64,000 bases of DNA from Synechococcus sp. (lineage in GTDB: Bacteria > Cyanobacteriota > Cyanobacteriia > PCC-6307 > Cyanobiaceae): assembly GCA_047285535.1 (NCBI GenBank), contig JBJBDC010000001.1:2336136-2400135 (forward strand). Direction: 5' to 3'. How positions within the stretch are numbered: the first letter of the stretch is position 1; each line of letters starts with the position of its first letter. Below, piece by piece: positions 43,457 through 54,141 of this stretch. The notes beneath the pieces were generated by a model that was not told the DNA's origin, made no database searches, and worked only from the letters and a program-made list of their open reading frames with translations. Made by a program: the position numbers and the translations under genes.

Positions 43457-44911
43457 TTACGACGTGCTGGTCACTTGATCAGTTCGTCCGTAGCAGTCCT
43501 CAAAGCGCACGATGTCGTCTTCTCCGAGATATTCGCCGCTCTGAACCTCGATCATCTCCACTGGGATTCGCCCTGGGTTGGAGAGCCGATGTTTGCAACC
43601 AAGGGGGATATAGGTGCTTTGGTTTTCGCCGATCAGCTGCTTGTCCCCATCGCGTTCCACCAGGGCGGTTCCACGCACGACGACCCAATGTTCGGCTCTG
43701 TGATGGTGCATCTGCAGTGACAGGCTGGCGCCGGGATTCACTGAAATCCGTTTCACTTGCCAACGGCTACCTTCCACGATTCCGGTATAAGAGCCCCAAG
43801 GCCGATAAATCTTGCGGTGTGCTTTCCCTTCGGGACTGTTGGCTGCTTCCAGCTGCTTCACTACGGTTTTGACGTTCTGGGCTTGGCTGCGATCTGAGAT
43901 CAACACGGCGTCATCGGTTTCGACGACGACCAGGTTTTCAACGCCTAGACCTACGACCAGTCTGTGCTCACTGCGGAAGTAGCAGTTGCTGCTGCCTTGG
44001 CTGATCACCCGGCCACGCAACACATTGCCGTTTTCATCACGATCAGCTGTGTCCCAGAGGGCACTCCAGCTGCCCACATCACTCCATCCCGCATCGAGTG
44101 GAAGCATGGTTCCGAGCTCGGTTTGTTCCATGACGGCCACATCAATGGCCACATTGGGACATCTGGCGAAGGCCTCTCTCTCCAGCCGTAGGAAGTCCAA
44201 ATCGACCGCATCTTGTTCCAAGGCTGCTCGGCAGCAGCTCACAACCTCTGGTGCTAGTCGTTCGAGCTCAGCCAGCATGGCGCTGGCTTGAAAGAGGAAC
44301 ATCCCGCTATTCCAGGTGAAGCGACCACTCGCCAGGAAGCGTTCAGCGGTTTCTTGATCTGGCTTCTCGACGAAGCGTTTGATCGGAACTGGGGTCAAGG
44401 CACCGGTCTGGAGAGCGGCAGCGGCCTCGATGTAGCCATAGCCCGTTTCGGGTGCTGTAGGCACGATGCCAAAGGTCACCAAGCGTCCTGTCTCTGCTTC
44501 TTTGCGACCAGCGGCGATCGCAGCCTGAAAGTGGGCCTTATCGCGGATCACGTGGTCGGCAGCAAGGACGAGCAGTAGGGGGTCGTCTCCCCTTGCTGTC
44601 GCTTGAAGCGCAGCGACCGCAACCGCTGGTGCCGTATTTCGACCCATCGGTTCGAGCAAGATCGCTCCAGGCTCTACATCGATCTGGCGCATTTGCTCCG
44701 CCACGATGAAGCGATGATCCTCATTGCAGATCAGCAGAGGGCTCCCTAACGCTTCGATCCCAGCCAAGCGCTTTTGGGTTTGTTGAAGCAGGGTGTCATC
44801 GCCGCTGCCGCCCAGAGGCCAATATTGCTTCGGATAACTGGCGCGTGAGAGGGGCCAGAGGCGTGTTCCTGTTCCGCCACAAAGAATTACCGGAATCAGG
44901 GGGGTGGTCAC
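43457..44911 (-). CDS. manC: Mannose-1-phosphate guanylyltransferase / mannose-6-phosphate isomerase
   Basis: GGTGTRLWPLSR..PKQ, EPMGRNTAPA, FVEKP, WSDVGSW, cupin RPWG..HHHRAEHW. Confidence 0.94.
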   Translation of the reverse strand: MTTPLIPVILCGGTGTRLWPLSRASYPKQYWPLGGSGDDTLLQQTQKRLAGIEALGSPLLICNEDHRFIVAEQMRQIDVEPGAILLEPMGRNTAPAVAVAALQATARGDDPLLLVLAADHVIRDKAHFQAAIAAGRKEAETGRLVTFGIVPTAPETGYGYIEAAAALQTGALTPVPIKRFVEKPDQETAERFLASGRFTWNSGMFLFQASAMLAELERLAPEVVSCCRAALEQDAVDLDFLRLEREAFARCPNVAIDVAVMEQTELGTMLPLDAGWSDVGSWSALWDTADRDENGNVLRGRVISQGSSNCYFRSEHRLVVGLGVENLVVVETDDAVLISDRSQAQNVKTVVKQLEAANSPEGKAHRKIYRPWGSYTGIVEGSRWQVKRISVNPGASLSLQMHHHRAEHWVVVRGTALVERDGDKQLIGENQSTYIPLGCKHRLSNPGRIPVEMIEVQSGEYLGEDDIVRFEDCYGRTDQVTSTS

Positions 44912-45319
44912 CGAGGGGCTGCCATCAATGGGAATCAGTGTCGCGCAGCTGAGGTGTTTGATTCAAGAGCTTTTGATGTCTATGCCTGCTTAGGAGGTTT
45001 TGTTGGCTGACAATCGCGAATTTGTTGTCCTCAGAGTTATGAAAAATGAGTGTTCATGGAAGCTTTGCCTTTTAGTTATTGCGTAAATCAGTAAGTTCGA
45101 ACTCTTCGTTCTCACGTCGGTGAAGAGCTCAATGCAGGCCTCACTCGTCAGAGAAATAAGTCGATCGTTGTGACTATCTTGCAGATTCCATCACGCAAGC
45201 TAGGTGGCATGGTCATCGGGCGTTTGAAAAAGCCTTCACCAATCCCTTGTCAATTCGTTCCATCGTCTACACCGATTTCAGACTGATTCCAAGAGCTTTT
45301 GCTTCTCCTTCCGGTCGCT

Positions 45320-46618
45320 ATGACTGACCACACCAATGAGGAGCATGCGCTCAGAGTTCTGTTCCGCTGCCTATGGAGTGGTCAGCTGATCTCCAACCTT
45401 GGGACCCAAACAAGTTTGTACGGAATTGGTCTTTGGTTGTTTTCCCAATCAGGACAGCTCTTGGATTTCGGTCTGGTGGCGGTGGTGGTGCAGGTGGCCC
45501 GGCTGCTGGCCTTACCTTTGCTGGCCTCGCGCCTGAACCTTTGGCCGCCGGCGTGGGTAATGCTGATGTCTCATGCTGTTGGCGCCTTGTGCACCTTGGC
45601 GTTGGCGTGGGTGTTGTTGGTCGCGCCGCAACAAGCCTTAGATCCGCCTTCACTAGCTCCGATTTTGTTGATTCAGGGGGTGGCTGCGATCGCTGAAGCA
45701 ACCCTGGTGTTGCGCTTCTCCAGCCTGATCCCGCTGCTGATTGCCGATGGCCCCACATTGATTCGGGCCAATGGATTGTTTGCAACCACCGATGGGTTGG
45801 TGGTGACGATGGCGCCCTTCCTCGGTACCTGGCTGGTGTCGTCGTTGGGGCTTGGGGGGGTCCTTGGTTTGGATGCCCTCAGTTTTGTGGTGGCGATGTC
45901 TTTAGTTCTTATGGCGCCCTGGAGTCAGGAGCTGCTTGAGCGGCTTCCATGCCCACCACCGTCGGATCCAATTGGATGGCGCACACTCCTTAGGCGGTTG
46001 CGTGGCTTCTGGCACAGGCGCATTCAGGCCAGGCAAGCGTTGCTGATTAGCGCCGGGGTGATGGGGGTGTATGCGGGTTGCGAGATCCTTTTTCCCGCCT
46101 GGGTGGCGGAAGGTTGGGGCCCCAATCGCATGGCGGGTGTGCTGGTGCTGGGCTGTACGGGCTATGTGGGAGGTTTCATCGCATGGCGCCTCTGGCTAGG
46201 TCGCTACTGGCGCTTGAGTGGCAGTTTGCTGTTGTTGCTTCAGGCCTTGATCTTGGTAGGCGCGGGTGTTCCAGCCTTGGCGCAGTCCGATTTGCTTTGG
46301 TTCGCCGGCGTGCTGGGTTTCAGCTTGGGCTTACCTGTGGTGACAGCGGCATTGCATCAGTCGTGGGTCACTCTGGCTCAACAAGAGGATCCCACCCGTG
46401 TGTTCGCCTTGCGCTACGGCTGTGAATGGACCAGTCGCCTGCTGGCCTTTCTTACGGTGTCCTTGTTGGCGGATCGGTTGGTGCGCCCTTATGTCTCTGC
46501 GGGCCTGGGTGAGAGTCCTGGCCATGCGTTGGCCTTAACGATGGCCGGTTTGGGAGTGCTGTTGCTGCTGGTGTTGGTTTCAGAGCAGGCTTTGAAGTCC
46601 AGGACTGCTTTGAAGTGA
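45320..46618 (+). CDS. MFS transporter (macrolide-efflux/H+ antiporter-like)
   Basis: LWSGQLISNLG N-terminus, RANG motif, about 12 TMs. Confidence 0.85.
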   Translation: MTDHTNEEHALRVLFRCLWSGQLISNLGTQTSLYGIGLWLFSQSGQLLDFGLVAVVVQVARLLALPLLASRLNLWPPAWVMLMSHAVGALCTLALAWVLLVAPQQALDPPSLAPILLIQGVAAIAEATLVLRFSSLIPLLIADGPTLIRANGLFATTDGLVVTMAPFLGTWLVSSLGLGGVLGLDALSFVVAMSLVLMAPWSQELLERLPCPPPSDPIGWRTLLRRLRGFWHRRIQARQALLISAGVMGVYAGCEILFPAWVAEGWGPNRMAGVLVLGCTGYVGGFIAWRLWLGRYWRLSGSLLLLLQALILVGAGVPALAQSDLLWFAGVLGFSLGLPVVTAALHQSWVTLAQQEDPTRVFALRYGCEWTSRLLAFLTVSLLADRLVRPYVSAGLGESPGHALALTMAGLGVLLLLVLVSEQALKSRTALK

Positions 46619-46631
46619 GAGTCTTGCTGTT

Positions 46632-47741
46632 ATGCGCATCCTGATTTTTACCTCCAGTGGTGGCACCGCCCATGATGCAGCTGCCTATGCGTTGCAGGCT
46701 TGGCTTCGTCAGTGGGACCCCTTAGGTGAGGTGTGGGTGGATCATGTCCTGGAGAACGCAAGCCCCGTTTCGAGAGGGGGCGTGGCGCTCTACAACTGGA
46801 TCCAGCGCCATGCCCCCTGGCTGCACAAGATCTATTGGCGTCTCGTCGAATTTGAGGATTTGATGAAGCCCGGCACCATCACGTTTGGGCGCACATATGT
46901 CATTCGGCTGTTGCGCCGATTGCAACCTGATCTGCTGATTTCCACCCATCCCCATATCAATCGCGGTCATTTCGATCTGGCTCAGCGTGTGCTGCCAGGC
47001 CTGAGGTGTATGACCTGTTGCACTGAGTTGGATGGCGGATTCGGTTTTAGTCGCAACTGGTTGACCCGTCGGAGTGAAGCCTTTTGGACTCAGACTCCGG
47101 AAGTGGCTGCTGAAGTGCGTCGCCGGGGGTATCGGCGCATGAGGACGCCGGTGCTCGGTCCGCTCTTTGATCCTCGTTTTTTGATGGAACTGCGCAGTTT
47201 CACACCTGAGCCTGGGGATCTCCCCGTAGTGGTTCTGGGAAGTGGTGCAAATGGCGCGAATAATCACATTCGCTTGTTGGAGACGTTGAAGTCTCTGGCG
47301 GGCCGCATCCGGGTGGTGGCTTTGTGTGGCAAGCGCGAAGCGGCTAGAGAGCAGCTGGAGGCCTGGGCTCGAGCCCACCCGGAGCTTAGGGTCGAGGCGC
47401 TTGGCTTCCAGGATCCTGCCGGTATGGCCCGTCTCTATCGCCGCGCTTGGCTGATGGTGGCTCGACCTGGGGCCCGAACCGCAACGGAGGCTCTGGCCAG
47501 TGGTTGTGTGTTGGTTTTTAACGGCTTTGGTGGCTTCATGCCCCAGGAGTGGTTGGCGAGGAGCTACTTCGCTGCGCGTGGTCTGGATCTTGCGATTCGC
47601 AGGCCAAAGCAACTGCGGCCGTTGCTGGAGTCATTGCTGGCGCGGCCGGAGCGCTACCGGGCGCTGAAACAGGGCCTTGAGGCGCATCGGCTGAGTGGAA
47701 AGCCAGAGGCCATTCGTGCTCTTTTACTGGCAGATGGGTGA
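46632..47741 (+). CDS. GT28 MGDG-synthase/UgtP-like glycosyltransferase
   Basis: SSGGTAHDAAA, PDLLISTHP, ARPGARTATEA, PQE. Confidence 0.82.
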   Translation: MRILIFTSSGGTAHDAAAYALQAWLRQWDPLGEVWVDHVLENASPVSRGGVALYNWIQRHAPWLHKIYWRLVEFEDLMKPGTITFGRTYVIRLLRRLQPDLLISTHPHINRGHFDLAQRVLPGLRCMTCCTELDGGFGFSRNWLTRRSEAFWTQTPEVAAEVRRRGYRRMRTPVLGPLFDPRFLMELRSFTPEPGDLPVVVLGSGANGANNHIRLLETLKSLAGRIRVVALCGKREAAREQLEAWARAHPELRVEALGFQDPAGMARLYRRAWLMVARPGARTATEALASGCVLVFNGFGGFMPQEWLARSYFAARGLDLAIRRPKQLRPLLESLLARPERYRALKQGLEAHRLSGKPEAIRALLLADG

Positions 47742-47751
47742 AGACGGACTG

Positions 47752-50700
47752 ATGAATTGGCACCAGAACGCTACCGATGATCTCAACGCAGAGTCGTCCC
47801 TGAATTTAGAGCCGATTGCTGTGCTGGGGATGGGATGCAGGCTTCCTGGTGGCATTGAGAGTCCTGAGCAATTTTGGGAGTTGTTGGCTGATGGACGGGA
47901 GACGATTACTGAGGTGCCAGCAAGCCGTTGGGATCAGAGCTTGCATTACCACCCCGACCCACGCCATCCCCTTACCCAGCATGTGAGTCGGGGCGGCTTC
48001 GTGCAGGGGATTGACCAGTTTGACCCTGCGTTTTTTGGGATCAGCCCGCGCGAAGCAGTGTGCATGGATCCTCAGCAGAGGATGTTGCTAGAGGTGGCCT
48101 GGCGGGCGATTGAAAATGGTGGTCAACCGCTGGAGCGGCTCAAGGGTCGTGCCGTGGGGGTGTTTATGGGCATCTCCAGTACTGATTACGCAGCCTTGCT
48201 TTGGGCTTCGGAAGATCGTTGGCTCACCCCCGATAACGATCCTTTCATTTTGGCGGGTAACACCGGTTCCATTGCTGCCAATCGGATCTCCTATCTCTTT
48301 GATCTTCGAGGGCCGAGCTACACGATCGATACGGCCTGTTCTTCGTCGTTGGTGGCTGTGGATCAGGCCTGCGCCAGTCTCTGGAGAGGCGAATCTGAAC
48401 TGGCGCTGGTCGGGGGCGTCCAAGCTCTGATTCATCCGGCGATGCAGACCATGTTCTGCAAGGCAGGATTGTTATCTCCTGCAGGGCGTTGCAGCAGTTT
48501 TGATGCCGCAGCGGATGGGTATGTGCGTTCAGAGGGTGCAGGAGCGGTCTTGCTCAAACCATTGGCTGCTGCATTGAAGGATGGGGATCCCGTACAAGCT
48601 TTGATCCGCGGGACGGCAGTGAATTCCGATGGACGCAGTCCAGGCATGGCCGCTCCCAGTGTCAAAGCCCAGGCGGCCTGCATGAAACAGGCCTATGCCC
48701 GCGCAGGTCTTGATCCGAGAGATTGCCTTTATGTGGAGGCCCATGGCACAGGAACCCGTCAGGGGGATCCGATTGAATTGCGCGCCTTGGGGAGTGTGTT
48801 GGCTCCTGGCCGGGACTCCGATTCGCCCTGTCGGGTGGGATCGGTGAAATCAAATCTCGGCCACAGTGAAACTGCGGCTGGGATCACAGGCTTGATCAAG
48901 GCGGTGCTCTGCTTGCAACAAAGGCAACTGCCGGCCAGCTTGCATCTCAAGACGCCCAATCCGTCGGTTGATTTCGCTGCTCTTCGCCTGCAGGTGCAAA
49001 CAGTGCTCGAACCCTTCCCGGAGCTTGAGAGCGAGCCGGTGTTGGGCGTTAGTTCCTTCGGCTTTGGCGGCACCAATGCCCACGCGGTTCTCACTCCGGC
49101 ACCCGAGCAATCTCCCCAAGAAACAGAGCATGAGCATGGGCCCTGGGTGCTAGTGCTCAGTGCTCGCAGCGAAGTGGCGCTCAACCACCTCAGGCGTGAG
49201 ACAGCCGATTGGTTGGAAGCCGACCCCAGTCTCAATTTGGCAGATGTTTCTGCCACCAGCCTTCGAGGGCGTAGCCGTTTCCCCCATGCATTGGCTTGTC
49301 GTTACAGCAATCACCAGGATTTGCTGGTCCAATTACGGGGAGAGCAGCCCGTTAGCTGGCAGGGGATGCTCTCCGAAGAAGGTCCTGCAGAGCTTCAGGC
49401 CTTAATCAAGGCCTGCAAGCCGCTGCCGGAGCGACACCGCTGGCTGCCGCTGCCTGGGCACCCTTTCCTGCGGCAACGCTTCTGGTGGCCTCAGGCTGAC
49501 GCTGATGATGCGGTAAAGGGTGCGTCTCTTTGGCTTGATCGGCTTGGTTTAGGTCAAGTGGTTAATGACACTCAGGCGCATGCCTGGCAACGTTTGGACT
49601 TGCCTGGTGAAAGTCAGTACCTGCAGGCAAGGATTCTTGAGCCCAGTCAGGGAGATCTGGACGACCATCGCATCCGTGGCCAGATCGTTTATCCAATAGC
49701 TGGGCATCTGGCGCTCGCTTTCGATTGGTTGCAGCGCAATCGAGAGCCTCTGCAGCTTCAGAAGTTCGTGCTCGACACCCCTTTGCGCCTTGATCACCGG
49801 AGTGATGTCACGCTGCAGGCCGTGCTGAAGGATCAGCAGCTGGAGCTGTTCAGCCGTTCGGATGGGGAGGAAGGCAACTGGTGCCGCCACGGCGCTTTAG
49901 CCATGGTTTCCACTGCTGAATGGGACCTGTCGCCACATCCATTGATCGACGAAGACAGGGAGCAGGAGCGAAAGGACTGTGGGGAGTTTTATGCCGAGCT
50001 GCACAGTCACGGGTTGGAGTACGGCCCGAAGTATCAGCCGATTCTCAGTTTGCGTGCCCAGAACGGGATTGCTGAGGCCGAACTGCAGCGGCCAGCGGAT
50101 GCCCCAGATCGATGCCTTCTCGATGGATGCCTTCAGGTGGTGGCTGCGACCTTGCCTCAGGGTTCGGCGAGAGCTCAGCTGCTGTTGCCGATTGGATTGG
50201 AGCGGATCCAGATGCAGTCTTGGCCACTGCCCGAGCGGTTGCAGTGCTGGGCGCAGAAGCGTCCTGATGATGGTCAGGCTGATCCTTCTCTATTAGTTGC
50301 GGATCTCTGGATCGAGGCGGATGGTCAACGCGTTGGCTGGATCGAGGGTCTGAGGGCGCGCCGCCTCCCGCGGCCAATGCTCGAGCTGCTTTTCCCTCTG
50401 CCCCCACCTCCTGCAGGACCGGACTTGCTGGAAACCCGCTGGGAGCAGCTCGAGGTTTTGCCAGATCCGCCAGCCGTCTCGATACCCGAGGACTCCAATG
50501 AGGTGGCGGAGCAGTTCGTTGAACTCGAGGACATGACGACGGCCTTGTTTCTGGAGAAGGTTCAGGCTTACGCAGCGGATGAACCCCTTCAATTGAGGGT
50601 GATCGTTCGGGATGCCGGTGACGATGCGCTCGCTCTGCGAGCAGCATTGCGCTGCCTGGCCATGGAAAGATCTCGTTGGACCTGTAGCTGGTGGCAGCTA

Positions 50701-53700
50701 CCTCCGTTGGTCGAGCGTCAGCCGGATGAGGTCGATCGGGCCCGTTTGGCCCTGATCAGTTCTGAGATCAGTGAACTGCGCTGGCAGGACGGGAAGGTTT
50801 CAGTCCCGCGTCTTCAGCGGTTGGATCCTGTGCGGATTCAATGGCTCGGTGACGGCAGCGGCCGATTGGATGGACTGCTTCGTCAGCCGTTGCCAGTGCC
50901 GGCCTTAATGCCGGGTGAGTTGGAGGTGAAGGTTGAGGCGACGGGGCTCAATTTCAGAGACGTGCTCAATGCCCTTGGGCTGTTGCAGGCGCATGCTGCG
51001 GGTCTCGGTCTGCAGGCAACCGGTCAGTTGCCCTTCGGTGGGGAGGCGGTTGGGCAAGTGCTGGCTGTGGGGGAAGGAGTGGATCCGGCCCTTGTCGGCC
51101 AACGGGTGCTAGCAGCTCTCTCGGTGGGCAGCCTGGCCACGCATGTTGTATGCCGGGCTGATCTCTGTGTGCCCTGGCCTGAGGCGTTGCCACTGGAGTT
51201 GGGAGCGAGTGTGTCCACCGCATTCCTGACGGCGATTTATGGGCTGGAGACGCTCGCCAAGCTCCAGCCTGGTGAAACCGTGTTGATTCATGCCGCTGCT
51301 GGTGGCGTTGGGCAGGCAGCCCTGCAGATCGCCCATCGCTGTGGTGCTCGGATTCTGGCAACAGCCAGTGCTGGTAAACACGAGAGGGTGCTGGAGCACC
51401 CCGGGGTCGAAGCCGTGTTTGATTCCCGCAGCACAGCATTTTCTGAGCAGGTGTTGGCCCACACCAGCGGCCGCGGCGTGGATGTGGTGCTCAACAGCCT
51501 CAAGGGGGAGTGGGTGGATGGCAGCTTTGCGGCTCTCGCTGATGGCGGTCGTTTTGTGGAGCTTGGCAAGTTGGACGTGTGGACGCGAGAGCAGGCCCAG
51601 GAACGACGCCCCGATGTGCGCTATCTCCCCTTTGATCTGCTTGAAGTGTCGGCAGCTGATCCCTTATCGCTGCGCTGTCAGTTGCAGAAGCTCGTCGTTG
51701 CCTTTCAAGAGGGTGCACTCGCTCCGATTCCCTGCCAATCCTTTCCGGTGGAACAGCTCGCCGATGCCTTTCGCCTGATGGCCCAGGGCCGCCATGTGGG
51801 CAAGCTGGTCATCCTTCAACCGCAACGCCCTGAGCCGGTGCGGATCCTGGCGGATGCCACCTATCTCGTGACTGGCGCCTTGGGAGGGGTGGGCTTGCAG
51901 CTGCTGCCTTGGCTTGCCGATCAGGGCGCGCGTTCCCTGTTGCTGGTGAGCCGGGGCGTGGAAGCGCCCTCTGCAGAGGCCCAGGCCGTGTTGGATCAGT
52001 TGGAGGCCCAGGGCGTGGGCTGCCGCAGGTTTGCTTGTGATTTGTCCGGGGGCGTTTCGGAAGCGGAGCGCTTGCGCCAGGTGCTGATGGCCTTGCCGAT
52101 GGAGCAGCCCTTACGCGGGTTGATCCATGCGGCTGGGGTGTTGCGCGATCGCCCCATGCAAGAGCTCACATCTGAAGACCTCAATGCAGTGATGGCTCCC
52201 AAATTGAATGGTTGGCAGTTACTCGAGCAAGCTCTCGAATCCCTTCCTCCTCTGGACTTTCAGCTGGCGTTTTCATCATTGGCAACCCTGCTGGGCTCCC
52301 CTGGCCAAGTGGCCTATGCCGCCGCCAATGGTGCTCTGGAGACCTGTTGTGCCATGGCTGCAGACCACAATCCTGGAAGCCCGATGAAGCTGGCAATTCA
52401 GTGGGGACCCTGGGCTGGGGCTGGCATGGCCGCTGGCCTGGAGGATCGTTTCGCAAGTGTGGGCCTTCAGATGTTGGCACCGGATGCGGCGCTTGAGGCT
52501 TTGGGGGCTCTGCTTGAGCGTGGGTGTTCCGGGGTGGTGGCAGTGGTGGAGGCCGACTGGGCACGGGTGCGGGGCCAGGCCCTGCCACGCCAGGGGGATT
52601 TTTTGAATGCACTGCAGCCGGATGAGACGGCCGATGCCCGTTTGGCAGTGCAAGAACAGTTGCGGTCTTTGACCGTGGACGATCGCCTGCCTTGGTTGTT
52701 AGGTCGCTTGACAGAGAAGCTGGGTGAGGTGATGGAGACCGATGCCGGCACGATTGATCCGCTCGCCTCCTTGTTCAGCCTGGGCCTTGATTCGCTCATG
52801 GCGGTGGAATTCGCTGCGGAAGTGCAGAGCGAGTTGGGGTTGCGCTTGGAGTTGGAGGCGTTTCAGAACGACCCTCGTTTGCAGGATCTGGCCCAGATGG
52901 GCCTGGAACAGTTGCTCCCCGAAGCCGGTGGTTCGGCTCCTGCGCTTGATCTGACTGTTGAAGCTCAGCTGCCGGAGGACTGGATGATGCCCAAGTCGCC
53001 TGCTCTTGAATCCCCCGGTGAGCGGGTGCTGATGACTGGTGCGAGTGGGTTCTTGGGCGCTTATCTGCTTGCAGGGCAGTTGAGGCGCTGGCCCGATCTC
53101 AACGTGCGCTGTTTGGTGCGCTGCCCTTTGGCGGAACAGGGTCTGGAGCGGCTGGAGGCCAATCTGCGCGGCTACGGCCTTTGGGATCCCGCATGGCGTG
53201 AGCGGCTGGAGGTCGTCCCCAGTGATCTGGCGCAGCCACGCTTCGGGCTGGAGGAGGACGCTTTTCAGTCTCTGATCGATGGAGTGGGAGGCATCCTTCA
53301 TAACGGTGCCCAGCTGGGCTACTTGGCTTCCTATTCACAGCTGGCAGCGGCGAATGTGGGCAGCACCCGCGATCTTTTGCGATTGGCAACGGAGCACGGG
53401 CCGATTCGCCTGGAGCTGATCTCCAGCGTGGCTGCTTTTGAGGCGGATGCCTGCCGGAACCGCGAGATTTTGGAAGATGAACCCCTGCTGCATTGGCAAG
53501 GCATCCATCTGGGCTACTCCCAGACCAAGTGGGTGAGCGATCGGCTGGTGTGGAAGGCGGGTCAGTCCGGGTTGCCGGTCACGATTTATCGGCCTCCCTT
53601 GATCGGCGGCAATACTCAGCCTGATCGAGACGGCCGCCATCATTGGCAGGAGGGCAATCTTCTGCAGCGCCTTCTGCAGGGCTGCTTGCAGCTGGGCAAG

Positions 53701-54141
53701 GTGCCTGATCTGGAGTGGGAGCTTGATGCAGTGCCTGTGGATTATGTGGCTGATGCCATTTCGGCGTTGGCCTGGAGCGATGGAGCCGCAGGGCAGGTTT
53801 ATCATCTCCAGCACCCGCGGCCGTTATTACTGAGTGAGCTATTGGCGCGGCTCTCGGCACGGGGGATGTGTCTGGAGACGGTGTCAACGGAGGAATGGCT
53901 AACTGCAATCGCGGCGACGAGCTCTGAGCATCCATTGCGAGCGCTGTTGCCCTTCTTTCAGCAGCGCTGGGGTCTTGAAGGACTCACATTCCCAGAACGG
54001 AATGTGCGTGGCGTGCGGGCTCGCCCCAGCTGTGATTTCACGATGCGGGCCTTGGGGGCTCTGGGGGTGCAATGCCCGGATCACGACCTCTTGGAACAAG
54101 CCTGGGGAACGGCTCTACTGGGTCAGGCAACCGTGGAGTGA
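47752..54141 (+). CDS. Single-module type I PKS, KS-DH-ER-KR-ACP-thioester reductase, without AT
   Basis: KS EPIAV, DTACSSS, HGTGT, KSNLGH; DH HRIRGQIVYP and LLDGCLQ; ER LNFRD, HAAAGGVG; KR TGALGGVG, HAAGVLRD, YAAAN; ACP LGLDSL; R TGASGFLG, YSQTKW; alternative start at 47734. Confidence 0.93.
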   Translation: MNWHQNATDDLNAESSLNLEPIAVLGMGCRLPGGIESPEQFWELLADGRETITEVPASRWDQSLHYHPDPRHPLTQHVSRGGFVQGIDQFDPAFFGISPREAVCMDPQQRMLLEVAWRAIENGGQPLERLKGRAVGVFMGISSTDYAALLWASEDRWLTPDNDPFILAGNTGSIAANRISYLFDLRGPSYTIDTACSSSLVAVDQACASLWRGESELALVGGVQALIHPAMQTMFCKAGLLSPAGRCSSFDAAADGYVRSEGAGAVLLKPLAAALKDGDPVQALIRGTAVNSDGRSPGMAAPSVKAQAACMKQAYARAGLDPRDCLYVEAHGTGTRQGDPIELRALGSVLAPGRDSDSPCRVGSVKSNLGHSETAAGITGLIKAVLCLQQRQLPASLHLKTPNPSVDFAALRLQVQTVLEPFPELESEPVLGVSSFGFGGTNAHAVLTPAPEQSPQETEHEHGPWVLVLSARSEVALNHLRRETADWLEADPSLNLADVSATSLRGRSRFPHALACRYSNHQDLLVQLRGEQPVSWQGMLSEEGPAELQALIKACKPLPERHRWLPLPGHPFLRQRFWWPQADADDAVKGASLWLDRLGLGQVVNDTQAHAWQRLDLPGESQYLQARILEPSQGDLDDHRIRGQIVYPIAGHLALAFDWLQRNREPLQLQKFVLDTPLRLDHRSDVTLQAVLKDQQLELFSRSDGEEGNWCRHGALAMVSTAEWDLSPHPLIDEDREQERKDCGEFYAELHSHGLEYGPKYQPILSLRAQNGIAEAELQRPADAPDRCLLDGCLQVVAATLPQGSARAQLLLPIGLERIQMQSWPLPERLQCWAQKRPDDGQADPSLLVADLWIEADGQRVGWIEGLRARRLPRPMLELLFPLPPPPAGPDLLETRWEQLEVLPDPPAVSIPEDSNEVAEQFVELEDMTTALFLEKVQAYAADEPLQLRVIVRDAGDDALALRAALRCLAMERSRWTCSWWQLPPLVERQPDEVDRARLALISSEISELRWQDGKVSVPRLQRLDPVRIQWLGDGSGRLDGLLRQPLPVPALMPGELEVKVEATGLNFRDVLNALGLLQAHAAGLGLQATGQLPFGGEAVGQVLAVGEGVDPALVGQRVLAALSVGSLATHVVCRADLCVPWPEALPLELGASVSTAFLTAIYGLETLAKLQPGETVLIHAAAGGVGQAALQIAHRCGARILATASAGKHERVLEHPGVEAVFDSRSTAFSEQVLAHTSGRGVDVVLNSLKGEWVDGSFAALADGGRFVELGKLDVWTREQAQERRPDVRYLPFDLLEVSAADPLSLRCQLQKLVVAFQEGALAPIPCQSFPVEQLADAFRLMAQGRHVGKLVILQPQRPEPVRILADATYLVTGALGGVGLQLLPWLADQGARSLLLVSRGVEAPSAEAQAVLDQLEAQGVGCRRFACDLSGGVSEAERLRQVLMALPMEQPLRGLIHAAGVLRDRPMQELTSEDLNAVMAPKLNGWQLLEQALESLPPLDFQLAFSSLATLLGSPGQVAYAAANGALETCCAMAADHNPGSPMKLAIQWGPWAGAGMAAGLEDRFASVGLQMLAPDAALEALGALLERGCSGVVAVVEADWARVRGQALPRQGDFLNALQPDETADARLAVQEQLRSLTVDDRLPWLLGRLTEKLGEVMETDAGTIDPLASLFSLGLDSLMAVEFAAEVQSELGLRLELEAFQNDPRLQDLAQMGLEQLLPEAGGSAPALDLTVEAQLPEDWMMPKSPALESPGERVLMTGASGFLGAYLLAGQLRRWPDLNVRCLVRCPLAEQGLERLEANLRGYGLWDPAWRERLEVVPSDLAQPRFGLEEDAFQSLIDGVGGILHNGAQLGYLASYSQLAAANVGSTRDLLRLATEHGPIRLELISSVAAFEADACRNREILEDEPLLHWQGIHLGYSQTKWVSDRLVWKAGQSGLPVTIYRPPLIGGNTQPDRDGRHHWQEGNLLQRLLQGCLQLGKVPDLEWELDAVPVDYVADAISALAWSDGAAGQVYHLQHPRPLLLSELLARLSARGMCLETVSTEEWLTAIAATSSEHPLRALLPFFQQRWGLEGLTFPERNVRGVRARPSCDFTMRALGALGVQCPDHDLLEQAWGTALLGQATVE

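Noticed and set aside
46722..47612. 296-aa minus-strand ORF and the many short ORFs within the PKS
   Set aside because: Shadows of GC-rich coding genes with clear motifs on the other strand.
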